Notes: generated from the letters alone by a model not told the origin. A stretch of 63,223 bases of DNA, filler included, from Octopus bimaculoides (GCF_001194135.2; 4 parts of 4 records of this genome joined end to end with filler, not necessarily neighbours in it); one strand, 5' to 3'; positions 24,705 through 36,941 are shown, counted from the whole stretch's first letter. Made by a program: numbers and translations.

Positions 24705-25060
24705 TCTAAGATACTCTTTTACTTGTTTCAGTCATTTGACTGCNNNNNNNNNNNNNNNNNNNNNNNNNNNNNNNNNNNNNNNNNNNNNNNNNNNNNNNNN
24801 NNNNNNNNNNNNNNNNNNNNNNNNNNNNNNNNNNNNNNNNNNNNNNNNNNNNNNNNNNNNNNNNNNNNNNNNNNNNNNNNNNNNNNNNNNNNNNNNNNNN
24901 NNNNNNNNNNNNNNNNNNNNNNNNNNNNNNNNNNNNNNNNNNNNNNNNNNNNNNNNNNNNNNNNNNNNNNNNNNNNNNNNNNNNNNNNNNNNNNNNNNNN
25001 NNNNNNNNNNNNAACCATGTGGTTGGTAAGCAAGCTACTTACCACACAGCCACTCCTGCA
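24705..25060 (-). mobile_element. SINE family A spanning a gap
   Basis: Tail (tcttttacttgtttcagtcatttgactgc) before the gap and head (aaccatgtggttggtaagcaagctac) after it. Confidence 0.85.
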
Positions 25061-25181
25061 CCTAATTTTTTTTTAAAGTAACTCAAATTTGGAGGAACTT
25101 AAGCACAATGACAAACTTTTTCAATAAGTCGGTATTTGGAACATGAAGACTAACATAAAAATCATGATGGGTAGTTTTAAT

Positions 25182-25406
25182 TTAACCCTTTAAATCAACA
25201 AGCTGGTCATTTCCAGCCCAAATATTCTTCCTATTTTAAATTCACACTGGACAAATCAGGCCTCTCACACCTACCCTACAATGTTATTTTAAAAACAATT
25301 GCATCATTAAAATCACAAAGCTAAGAGATAATGTATGATTAATTCAAAACAATGTGAATAAAGAAGCATTACATTTGATAGAGTAATCCAAATGCTAAAG
25401 GGGTAA
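25182..25406. mobile_element. piggyBac-like MITE, copy 3
   Basis: TTAACCCTTT...GCTAAAGGGGTAA. Confidence 0.82.
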
Positions 25407-25996
25407 ACATTTAAAATTTTGTAAGACAGTTAATTAGGTTATGGTGAGTTGGTATCAAAAGGATTAAAACTGAATAATTATTTCATTTATCCAATATTCT
25501 TATGAAATTATAAGAATTATTAATCCTTTTGATAAAATTGGAAATGCATTGTGACTGGTGGTGTGTAATTGATCCAGTTGATACTGTGATAACTTCATTT
25601 AAGAATATTTAAAAATATTACATTCAAAACTTCAGTTTAAATGGCAGTTTACCAAAAATCATAATTTTCAAGTTGAATTGAAAGCTAGTCAGAAGTATCC
25701 ATCATTGGAATAGTGTCACATTATTTAGGATAAATTGTTGGTGTAAGCATTGATTAAGCCTTTTGTTATATTTCTGTTAAAATACAAAGCCCTGGTTTCA
25801 ATTAACTTATAAAACAGCTCTTTATTTAAATTTGGAGCATCAACATGAAATTCTGATGAAAGATTTTAATTTGGATCACCTTAAATTAAAAATGTATTTC
25901 ATAGCTCTGGTTCTATGATACAAACAGGTTGGTATTAGAAGAGTTAATGGTGGAGTGAGTACTGAGCTAACAACCTTGTTGCAATCCTAATTTCAC

Positions 25997-26097
25997 CTAG
26001 ACTTCCTTCCTGCAAATTCCTCCAGCCAAAAGTGGGATGTTCCCACAGGTCTTTGACATTCCAAATACATATAAGCAAACAACAAGATTTACTCTTC
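25997..26097 (-). CDS. Predicted coding exon 3: (L)KSKSCCLLICIWNVKDLWEHPTFGWRNLQEGSL(G)
   Basis: Acceptor TTGTGGTCTTCTGTATTAG, donor CTAG|GTGAAA (moderate); 101 nt; phase 2-to-1 frame open. Confidence 0.58.
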
Positions 26098-27452
26098 CTA
26101 ATACAGAAGACCACAACAAGACTATATTGTTTAATGAATACATTTGAGCAGTCAGGCAGTGTCTGCCTTCAATGTTAATACATTTAAAAAAAAATTTCAA
26201 CATTCCACAGTTGGAATATGGTTAGAATGGTTCTCACTGAAGCAACAAGTTTCTGACATAGGCACAATGCCAGCAATTTTGAGTGTGAATAGTTAGTAAA
26301 TACCATTAATACCAGCACTTGACTGGTACTTCATTTTACTGACCTCAGAGAAATTAAAGGGAAAGTTGATCATAGTAGGATTTGAATTCAGAATGTAAAG
26401 AGTTAAAACAAATTCTGCAAAGCAGCTTTTCCAATGCTCTAACAATGCCGAGAGATTGCAGTCCTAATAAGATATAGATTCAAGAGGAACACATGGTCTA
26501 ATCAAGGGAATGGAAACCTGTTTTGGTTCTACAGTAAAGTACATCCAGTATACTTTGTAGTAGTTGGTGATGGAGTAAGACACAAAACCATAGAATTGTA
26601 GCCAAAAATGAAATTTATTAACAAAAATGTGGTCCTTAAACCTGCTATCATATTGTAATGTCATCAAGCCATAGCATAGAAAATTAGCATTATATATCTA
26701 AATTGTTCTATGGCTGAAGACCCCAATCTCAAAACCAAATAAAGCAATATATACCTAACTTATATAACCTTCGTATATGTTTTAAACTGATTTAAGATGT
26801 TCATTTTTAACCCCTATTCATTTTGCATATGATGGTTAGAGTTATAATAGACTCTTCTAAATGTAATAGCAAATAATAGACTCCTCTAAATGTAACTGCA
26901 AATAAACAAAGGCTTGGCTTCCCAAAATATTCACTGCTAACGTAAGAGAAGTTGCTATTTTGTAAATAATTGCTCCCTACTTAAGCACTTAAAAAAAATG
27001 TAAGTGTATGAAGTAGGCTGAGTTATTTAGGATGGGCCTTGGTAAGGTTTTATTTTCTTGTATACTAAAATGTAATGCTTAGGTAATTAGTATAATAATA
27101 TAACATTTCTTTTTCCTTCAAATTCAAAAGTTGTTACAGATTCCTAATTTCACTTGTATATTAATACCTTGTTGAAAGGATAAAGTATTATTAATACATT
27201 TTAACATCACTTCAATAAAATAAAAGTACCTGCTGTATTAAACAACGTCCACTTCTAATATACAAGGCCACACATTCTGAGAGAAAGTTTTTGCCGAATT
27301 GATCCCAGTACATAACTGATATTATATTTCATTGACCTCTCCAGAAAGACAGAAAATAAATTTGATCTTAGGAAGGATTTGCACTCAGAACAAAGGACAA
27401 AAAACAGATACCTAAACATTTTGTCTGATCCTCTAATAAACCTGGCAAAACA

Positions 27453-27681
27453 TTAACCCTTTGGTGTTTAAGCCGGCCATATCCAGCCCAAATATCCTAC
27501 ATGTTTTAAATTCAAACTGGCCATATCTAGCCCCTCACACCTAACCTACATTGACATTCTAAGAATAAACTATCACACCATTGAAACTTCAAAGCTGTAA
27601 GATAATGTATGATTAATTCAAAACAATTTGAGTGAAAAAAGTATTACATTTAACAGATTAATCTGAACACTAAAGGGTTAA
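27453..27681. mobile_element. piggyBac-like MITE, copy 4
   Basis: TTAACCCTTT...CTAAAGGGTTAA. Confidence 0.88.
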
Positions 27682-28529
27682 ATGACCTGTAATGTAATTT
27701 AGTTGGCTATTGGTTAACTACTTTTAGTTAACAGTCGATGCATTACAGCGCAGTGTAATGCATTGGATTACCGACAATACGGTTGTGTATTCATATACAA
27801 TTGCATCATGCTATTGGATCAAGAACATAACTGCTTGCCTAGGATTGAGACAGCTTTAAAGCAAGTCTAAAAGTTGCATAGTTACCCAATGTTTTATGAA
27901 AATAAAAATATTTAAACCAAATAAAATGAAAGCCTCAAATTCAAGAAACAAAACCATTAGCTTTCTTGTAATAAAAAATAGGTTTTACTGACCAATGCAT
28001 CTGTCTTCAAGGTCACTGTGTAAGAAAGCTTTTATTATTCTTTAACTTCACACTCTCATTTTATATCACTATCAAAGCATCATTTAGGTGTATTAACACG
28101 GCATAGAAAATGTCCAAATTTACACCCATACCACACTAGAAAAAAAAAAAAAAAAAANNNNNNNNNNGGAAAAATTCAGTATTGATTGAGTAGCAAAGAT
28201 GAAGGATGAACATGAAAGAAAATTTAATTCAATAAAAGAAATATTGTTTAAAATATTGGACTCAGAAAATACAAACTAAAGTATGGTGAACATAAAATCA
28301 TTATCACTTCAACATTCACTTTTCTATGCTGGTGTGGGTAGATGCAATTTCTTGACATGAATTTTTTTTACAGCTAGATGCCCTTCCTACCACTGTGCTT
28401 CAGCTGTTTCCAAATAAGTTAATATTTTTGCAAGACCAGACATGATTTCATGGAGGACTAAAAATGAATGACAACTTTCATGATGGTGACATTCGTTTAC
28501 AACTATGAAACAAGGAGACAGCATGTGAC

Positions 28530-28680
28530 AAGCTTCTTTCAGTTTCTGCTTATAAGATCCACTCACAATGCTTTAGTTAGCCTAGGGCTATAGCAGAAGA
28601 TCCTTGCCCAAGGTGCCACGCAGAGGGACTGAACCTAGAATCATGTGGATGCAAACTTAACACACAACAACACCTATCAA
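28530..28680 (-). mobile_element. Old SINE family A head fragment
   Basis: ccactcacaatgcttt...ttgcccaaggtgccacgcagagggactgaacc. Confidence 0.75.
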
Positions 28681-28945
28681 AAGAATTATTTAGTTTAAAA
28701 TATTTTATCCTTAAATGTTATAGGATTCAAAGTTTTTGGTAATCAGGATTATCAAACATCTTTTTCTGGTTTCTAATAAATTTTTCATCGTGGATATAAT
28801 TCAAACATCATGTAAGGTTCTTCATTTTAAATGTGGCTATAGGAAGGGAAAAAGAAACTGTATACTAAGGCCTCTGAATTTACTTTAAAACTCAAGACAT
28901 GCCTATATATCACACACACACAAAATATTTTATTTGTTTCCTTAC

Positions 28946-28971
28946 AACATGACCAGATGTTTCAGCCTTTT
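28946..28971 (-). CDS. Predicted 26-nt coding exon 2: KRLKHLVM(L)
   Basis: Acceptor GGTTCCTCTGTAG, donor GTT|GTAAGG; phase 0-to-2 fits both neighbours. Confidence 0.45.
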
Positions 28972-29151
28972 CTACAGAGGAACCTCAAAGAACCACCATT
29001 CATGCTCCAGACATATTATGGAGAGTAATCTTGCCAGCATCTCAGTTTGGGGTCCATTCACTACATCATTCTCTCTTCAAGATGACTGTGATATCAGTGA
29101 GCTCCACCAAATTCTCTTCTGATCTGATTTACTGACTGAAGCTGACTCCCC

Positions 29152-29332
29152 TAAAGCCTTTCAACACTTAAACTGGCCATATCCAGCCTCTCACGTCTAT
29201 CCTACAATGTTAATCTAAAAATAACCGCATCACTGAAATCTCAAAACTATGAGATAATGCATGATTAATTCAAAACATTGTGAATAGATAAGCATTACTT
29301 TTGACTGAGTAATTTGAATGCTAAAAGATTAA
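29152..29332. mobile_element. piggyBac-like MITE, copy 5 (internally deleted)
   Basis: ggccatatccagcctctcac...gataatgcatgattaattcaaaac...gctaaaagattaa. Confidence 0.75.
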
Positions 29333-29553
29333 TTTTTGGAAGTATGCACAGGTGACCTCAGAGTTGTTCTAGTCTGGCTGCCTTGAGCCCAGGCTGTTCC
29401 CCTGGTTCCAAGGGACATGCTTTTGTAACTCAGTAGGCTGGACACTGACCCAAATTTTCTGAGTATTAGCAAATTACTGACCTTACATTGGGTTCATTAG
29501 ACTTTTGATAAGTATTGTATTAGTTCAGCTGAGATTTTAGCAACACTACTCAC

Positions 29554-29579
29554 CAGGTAGGCCTGATGAAGAAGCTTGT
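29554..29579 (-). CDS. Predicted 26-nt coding exon 1: (x)KLLHQAYL
   Basis: Acceptor TTGTGTTTGACTAG, consensus donor CTG|GTGAGT; phase 1-to-0. Confidence 0.5.
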
Positions 29580-29834
29580 CTAGTCAAACACAACTATGAT
29601 ACAAGTAGCACTTTGTGAGCAATCAAACCCGTGTGCCAAGTACAAGAAGTTTTTTCTTTTAGGTAGAAAAGAGTTCAAAATGTTAAGACACAACAGCGAA
29701 GTCTTAACCCTTTTGATACCAAGCTGCCTGAGACTACTTTTGGTTCTCTGATACAAACTTCCTATCTTAAAGTGATCTAAATGAAAAAAACCTTCCATCA
29801 AATTTTCATGTTAATGCTCCAAATACTATTTTAA

Positions 29835-30352
29835 TTCTTTTACTTGTTTCAGTCATTTGACTGTGGCCATGCTGCAGCACCACCTTTAGTCAAGCAAATT
29901 GACCCCAGAACTTAATCTTTATAAGCCTAGTACTTATTCAACCAGTCTCTTTTGCCGAACCGCTAAGTTACGGGGATGTAAACACAGTTGTTAAGCGATG
30001 TTGGGGAGACAAACACACACACACACATATATANNNNNNNNNNNNNNNNNNNNNNNNNNNNNNNNNNNNNNNNNNNNNNNNNNNNNNNNNNNNNNNNNNN
30101 NNNNNNNNNNNNNNNNNNNNNNNNNNNNNNNNNNNNNNNNNNNNNNNNNNNNNNNNNNNNNNNNNNNNNNNNNNNNNNNNNNNNNNNNNNNNNNNNNNNN
30201 NNNNNNNNTATACGATGGGCTTCTTTCAGTTTCCATCTATCAAATCCACTCACAAGGCTTTGGTCAGCCCAAGGCTTTAGTAAAAGACACTTGCCCAAGG
30301 TACCACAGTGGGACTGAACCCGGAACCATATAGTTGGTAAGCAAGCTACTTG
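29835..30352 (-). mobile_element. SINE family A spanning a gap
   Basis: Tail, internal (CA)n(TA)n running into the gap, then core and head. Confidence 0.88.
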
Positions 30353-31598
30353 CATTATTTGAAAGGTTTAAACAAAGCCAGCGTATTTCAAAAGAAATAT
30401 GGTAGTGAAATGATTAAATGGCAAATTTTCAACATAACTTGGTGGAATGTTTTCTGCTAAATGGAAATATGGTTATTTTGTGTAGATGTCACAAAGGTCA
30501 CCACCCTTCATTTTCTCATGATGAAAAGGGTATTAACCCTGAAATATTAATTAATATTAGACAAAGTGCAAACTGTAGTCCTTAGTTTAATATAAATTTG
30601 TATTGTTATTTTGAACAATTTCAATTTTAATGTCACATGTGTATATATATAGACACATATACAAATACATAAGCATACACAGATGCATGTACATGAATGC
30701 ACTTGCATTAGTGCACACTGATACAGATACACATGCACATACATACATACAATTACACACACATACATCCAATTACATTGTTTAGTATCTACTTTTCCAC
30801 ACTTACTTGAGTATATGGTCTTCCTGTTACCAACTCTAAACTGTTTTCAACCAAGCTAATACAACTTTTTGATCGACCCTTTCTTTTTGAGAAGTATAGA
30901 AATGAGGGACATTGCACTGTGATGATGAAACTCATTTACAACTACTGTGTGATGTTAAGACAAGTAGACAAGCACACAAGGGGCTTCTTTTGCTTTTCAT
31001 TCAAATTCACTCAGAAATCTTTTCTTGACCTGAGGCTATAGAAGACACTTGGTCAAGTGTTGAAGTTGAAACCATGTGGTTGGTAGGCTTATGCTACATG
31101 CGCACACACACTAATTCTTATACATTTTTTATGTGAATGCACATCTGGAATATGTTGCACCAGGGTTGGAAACAAAAGGTTTGTTCAAATTGATAATCTC
31201 CAGTTCTCTTAAGTACGGGCTGTTGTAGTTTGATAGACAAGGGAATTATTTCTTAGAAACACATGAAGGTTGGCTACAGGAAGAGTATCCAGTTGTAGAA
31301 ACTCTTCTCCATTGTAGTCTTGTTCAAGCTGTATAAACATGTTAAGTGAACGCAAAAATGATGCTGTATATTTATGTACTTCATTATTCAACAGCAATTT
31401 TCCATGTTGGCATTGTTTGGACGCTGAGTTGGAAAACTTGACCACATTCGAGTGCCCTCTTTCCTAATGTAAAGCACTTTACAAGGAATATCTTTTTCTT
31501 TTTTGTGTGTGTGACATCAGTACCAGTGAGGTCACCTTGCAAATCGCAAGACTAAGTGCCTCAAGCGACCCCAAAAAACTGAACTGGAAAGAGAGAAA

Positions 31599-31678
<80 letters not shown>

Positions 31679-33829
31679 GGGTGGAGATAAAAGATTAGAG
31701 AAAAAGATCTATACAGTTGTGAGTGGGTGGTAGTGGATAGTGACAGGCTAGACACTGTTGAGAAGGAGGTATGGTACGGAACAGGCAAGGGAGTGTCAAG
31801 AGTTAATGAGAAAGTGAGGGACAGAATGGAAAGTTAATATATACATACATGCATATAAAAGCGCTCGACCTAACTGCGCAAATGTATCCCCCATCTATAT
31901 ACAAGTAGGTGTCTATACCTATTAACATATATATCCACATTAATTCTGAGAACCAACGAAAACAATATGGGACAAATGACAAAACAAGCTATCACTAAAA
32001 TTTATCTTGGCCTCTTAAAACATGGAATTTAGGGTGTCACGTTCAAATTATCTCCCTTAACTGGTAGCAAAAGTCGTTTTGAAATATTGAAGGCACGAAA
32101 AAAAACAAACAAGCAAGCAAAAGAAAAAACTATACACGAAAGTAATTTTATATTTGATTAATACATTACATTGATGACTAGTATAAAAAGAAACCGAAAT
32201 TAATGTATGAGAAAAATTAATGTTAAGATCAAAATAAAGTAGTCTTAGGCACTTGACAGGGGAGGTTACCTAGCTTATCACTGCAATAACAAATTTGTGA
32301 TTGACAAACAGATTATTAGACATACGTCTATTAGGCTACATGGACTAAATTACATACACACCTGAAATCATCTAGAGTTTCTTCAAGCACGAAGTTTCTC
32401 AACTCAAATGTCATTCAATATATACTTTTTATATTCTTTCCAAATTCTTGAACAAAATAAAAACACTATATTCCAAGAGGAAAAAGGCATTATATTAAAT
32501 AATTGAAGTATTTAAATCTAAATTTTCATATCACATAAGGAGTAAAATCAAAACTGCAAGCTTTAGAAGATAAGATGGGCAAAAGTGTTTGCCAGATCTG
32601 AAAGTGATTTATAAATTTAGGAAAAAGATGAAAAGGTCTGAAAATTTTATCAAATGAACAATGAATTCTTTTCCTAAATTTGAAATAACAGGTACTCCTT
32701 TTAAGACTAAAATTTTGTATTTATCAATATAAACCAGTAATGAAAAAATATTTCACTGAAATTTTAAGGCAATGAAAAATATTTCGAGTAATTTAAGAAA
32801 AGCAGGTGGTCGCTTGATCTCTTAGAAACAGCCAACTATCCCTCGTCTGATTATATATGATGAATTAGGGCTAAGTTCGGGTTAAACAAGCAAATATTAC
32901 TACATTTGGTAGAAGATAAACTCAATTCATAGAAGGTCACTTTAAAGACGGAAATCTAGTACTGGACTGAAGAAATATTCCTATTGATATAGGATTGGGT
33001 TGACTGCAATAAAAGTCACAAAGGGACGCCCTTCAATAAAGGAAATATGCCCTAAAACATATTTTTTCAGTTCTATTACGAGAGGTTCGAATTTACACCC
33101 AATGTTATTGACATCAGTTGAATCGATTGTACCCCCAACCAAAGTAGTGAGTTTGCCAATTTAAAACTGATTAGAACAATTAATATTTCACCAAAAGAAA
33201 AAGTGAAAAATTGAAAAAAAGATAAATATCAAGATGGATACCATAAACACAAAATATTGAAATATCAAACAAAAACAAAATACCCAGGCAAATTAACTGA
33301 ACAAGTCGTTCACACATGCTAAAGACGGAACACAAAATGATTCGGTAAAATAAACAATAATAGATGACAGGCGGCTAACTGATATCCTTTTTATTGAATG
33401 ACAAGTATCAATACCGTAGTCTCTTAGACGAGCAAGAAAGCAGCTGTGTGTGAATGTGTAGGTCTGTATCGAATGTGTGAGAATGGAGTATGCTTAACGT
33501 TTTTACATGACAGAAATTTGAGTGAAGTAACTGACAACAGAGTATAATTAGAATAAAGAGAGGAAAACACTAGCAATATATGAGAGTGCAGACACGCCAC
33601 ATGATAATGGAACTTGGGGCAAGATCCCTACACAAAAAAAAACAGACACACCCTGTAAGATCCTTATGAAAAGCTCATATACACACAGTAAGTAACCAGC
33701 ATCTTTCACATCAGAGTAGATATGGAATTTACGACCGTATCAAGAACTGAGAGTAACACTTATTACCTATAATTACGCTGATAATCAAGGAATGTGTAAG
33801 AGAATCATTATATATATATATATATATAT

Positions 33830-33929
33830 NNNNNNNNNNNNNNNNNNNNNNNNNNNNNNNNNNNNNNNNNNNNTTAATTAATTAANNNNNNNNNNNNNNN
33901 NNNNNNNNNNNNNNNNNNNNNNNNNNNNN
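33830..33929. other. Artificial scaffold-joining spacer
   Basis: 44 N + TTAATTAATTAA (33874-33885) + 44 N. Confidence 0.95.
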
Positions 33930-33993
<64 letters not shown>

Positions 33994-34169
33994 ACGCAAT
34001 GCTTACAGGGAAACATAACCTCATTCGTGTACATATTTTGTGCGTATGATTTTTTGCGTATTTATATACAGGCTAGAAAGATAGAGAAATTGATAGATAT
34101 TTGAGGAATAAAGAAACCCCAAGTAACTCAGGGGTCATTTAATAGTTTGAAATACATAAGTATCTATCT

Positions 34170-35310
34170 GTCGTTGTATCTATCTTCAAGGACATGGCCC
34201 TGATCGATGTGTAGAAAAGGTATCGGTGGAGACGCTACACGATGTACCTAGTGCATGCTATGGACACATAAGAAGTGCAGCGTTATTACTGGAAGATTTA
34301 AAGAGAAAGTAGCCTTTACATGTGGCTGATGTGCAGGTATATCAAACAGCGGAAACGTACAGAAAATGGTATCCCTTAAATGCTCGGGGATAGAATCCTT
34401 AGAATTAATAGACAGTTTCCATTACGTAGATGGCCAAGTAAGCTGCGGTGGGGGTTGTTCCGAAAACATGACGGTTAGAATAAGAATGGGCCGGGCAGAG
34501 TCCAGGGTGCTACTGCCTCTGTTAGTAACAAAGGGCCTAAATGAAAGTAGAATTCTATGATGCTTGTGTACGAACAGCTATGCTACATGGCAGTGAGACA
34601 TGAGTTGTGACGACAGAGGACATGCGAAGGCTTGAAAGAAATGAAGCCTGCATACTCTGCTAAATGGATGATGTCAATGTGCGTATACGACAGAGTGTAA
34701 GGGGTTTGAGAGAGAAGCTGGGTATATGACGCGCAGATGTAGTGTGAAAGTGAGTGGACTGAGCTGGTACGGTCATGTAATGCGTATATATTAGAACAGC
34801 TGCATCAAGTAGTGCCGATCTCTAGCTGTGGAGGGGACGTGTGGATGGTGTGGACGCAGGAAGACGCGCGGCGAAGTAAAAAGAAAGGATTACCACTCTG
34901 GGCCTCACAGAGGAGATGACAAGAGAGCGAGACTTCTGGTGGCTTGCAGTGCTTGAAAAGATACGGCATTCTTAAATTAAAGCATAGTTGTCCTTCCATA
35001 CAGACATGTTTCCTGTTCTGCATCACTCTTCAGCTGAGCGATCCTAAACATGTAGGCTCGTGGTTGATGGTACCGCGAAAAAACACTGATGCTGGTGCCG
35101 AATAAAACTCCCTCTATCGGTGCTGCATGAAAGCACCCAAATACACTCTGTATAATGGTTAACGTTAGGAAAAGCATCCAGCTTTAGAAACCATGCTAAA
35201 ACAGGCATGGAGCGTGGGCGGCTCTTCAGCTACCCAGCTACTGTAGAACCGCCCAACCCATGCCAGCTTGGAAAACGGACGTTAAATGATGATGATGATG
35301 ATGACGATGA
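34170..35310 (+). mobile_element. Decayed RTE-clade LINE 3' portion: PHD-like finger, post-RT domain, 3' UTR, (GAT)n tail
   Basis: SLELIDSFHYVDGQVSCGGGCSENMTVRIRMG; later WYGHV-type and LGLTEEMTR motifs; contiguous with the CCAACCCATGCCAGC...GGACGTTAAATGATGAT tail. Confidence 0.87.
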
Positions 35311-35397
35311 TATATGTGCGTATGCGTATGTATGTATGAATGCGTGCGTGCATACATACATACATACATACATACATACATACATACATACATACAT

Positions 35398-35625
35398 GCA
35401 TACGCGGAACTATTGAGAAGTCTGCAGTTACTCTATCCAGATTACAGGATCAGATTTATACCTGTAATTATTGGGGTCCTGGGATATGTAACGCATTGCC
35501 TAAATATCAATCTTTAGAAACTAGGCCTCTCAAAACCATAACGAAGAAAGCTAATTCGAAAACTACAAATTCAGTCCATCACTGGAACTGTAATAATCTG
35601 TAAAACTTTCGAGAAGTTTAACATT
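35398..35625 (+). mobile_element. R4-like RLE retrotransposon 3' end (TACA-associated family)
   Basis: YAELLRSLQLLYPDYRIRFIPVIIGVLGYVTHCL...KLIRKLQIQSITGTVIICKTF; starts directly after (TACA)n. Confidence 0.75.
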
Positions 35626-35754
35626 TAAATATGCATGAGCATGTCTATATATCCAACTATATATATAGGAATACAAACATAAAGCAAAACATACAAATCC
35701 GCACATATACACACATATATACATACAAAAAAAACCCTGTTGTTGATGTTGAAA

Positions 35755-36250
35755 TTCCAATGATGGAGCCTTGGATCTAGATTAGAAACTGACCCTTTCT
35801 CTATTGGCAAGAAATCTTGAAATAAAACTGAACAATGACATACATACAATAGAGAACATCTATGGCGAATTAATGCGGGACTTACAGCTCTTGTACTCTG
35901 ACTATGAATTCTCATTTGTGTTTATGATCATACGTACATTAGGTTATATACGAACAAATTTAGAAAAAATACTAGAAATACTCGGTTTCACGGAGAAGAC
36001 GCGGATTCTCCAAATCCAATCTATTCAGTGGCACAGTGAAGATCTGTAAGACATTCCAAAAATTCTCCATGTGAGATTTTATGAAGAGATGGTCGCACTT
36101 GGCTGTGCGATTCGACAATTCAAGCAACACACCAACTCAACCACATATTTACAAACAGCGGAAATTCTATTAACTCAAAAAGTGTTATTGCTTAGTTAGC
36201 AACCGGCTTGATCTCTCTCAAGACCATACAATAAACTCAAAGAAAAACAT
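35755..36250 (+). mobile_element. R4-like RLE retrotransposon 3' end with 3' UTR
   Basis: ENIYGELMRDLQLLYSDYEF...ILQIQSI/GTVKICKTF; ends AATAAACTCAAAGAAAAA then (CATA)n. Confidence 0.75.
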
Positions 36251-36539
36251 ACATACATACATACATACATACATACATACATGTGTCTATGTCCAAGAGT
36301 GTGTGTGTGTGTATGAAGGTGCTTGTATTTATACATATATATATACATATAAAGAAATACATGCATGTATGTGTATGTGGGTGTGTGTGACTGCTTGTGT
36401 TGCTGTGTATGTGTGTATGTGTGTGCAGAGTCGTATGAGAAAAGAGTTAAAGAGGTTTTTGTACTGAATGCTCTTCAATCTTAATTTCGAGAAAATTTTA
36501 GAACCTCGTTTCTTGTTTCAGCTGACACGCTTAGAAGTA

Positions 36540-36749
36540 AATGAAGAAAAACTTAAAAGAAGAGGTGGAGGTAATGTGGGGAGGGGGAGGAGGAGAAGAA
36601 GAAGAAACAGAAGAAAACTTAAAAGAAGTGGTGGTGGTGATGGTCATCGTCATGGTCGTGGTGGAGGAAGAAGAAACAGAAGAAAACTTAAAAGAAGAGG
36701 CGGATGAAGAGAAGGAGGGGGAAGGTAGTAGTAGTATTAGTAGTTGTAA

Positions 36750-36782
<33 letters not shown>

Positions 36783-36908
36783 AAAAAGAACAACAACAAG
36801 AAACTTAAGAGAGGAAGCGGATGAAGAAGAGGAGGGGAAGGTAGTAGTAGTAGTAGTAGCAGCAGCAGTAGCAGCAGTAGCAGTAGTAGTAGTAATAGTA
36901 GTAGTAGT

Positions 36909-36941
<33 letters not shown>

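Noticed and set aside
25997-26097. Naming the exon-chain protein (COMMD family or beta-mannosidase) from short motif resemblance
   Set aside because: The WxVxDLWxxPT and NLQWRVG similarities cover under 15 residues and the flanks do not follow either family, so the gene symbol is left empty.
28934-29122. Plus-strand ORF with acceptor CCTTTTCTACAG, and a minus-strand frame with several TGA codons
   Set aside because: No compatible plus-strand neighbours were found; the TGA-rich frame shows no selenoprotein motif; the minus-strand 26-nt exon explains part of the region.
34995-35035. Minus-strand CTGAAGA...GAAACATGTC as a hammerhead
   Set aside because: Stem III and a GUC triplet look right, but the stem II closing pair is G-G and stem I does not form.
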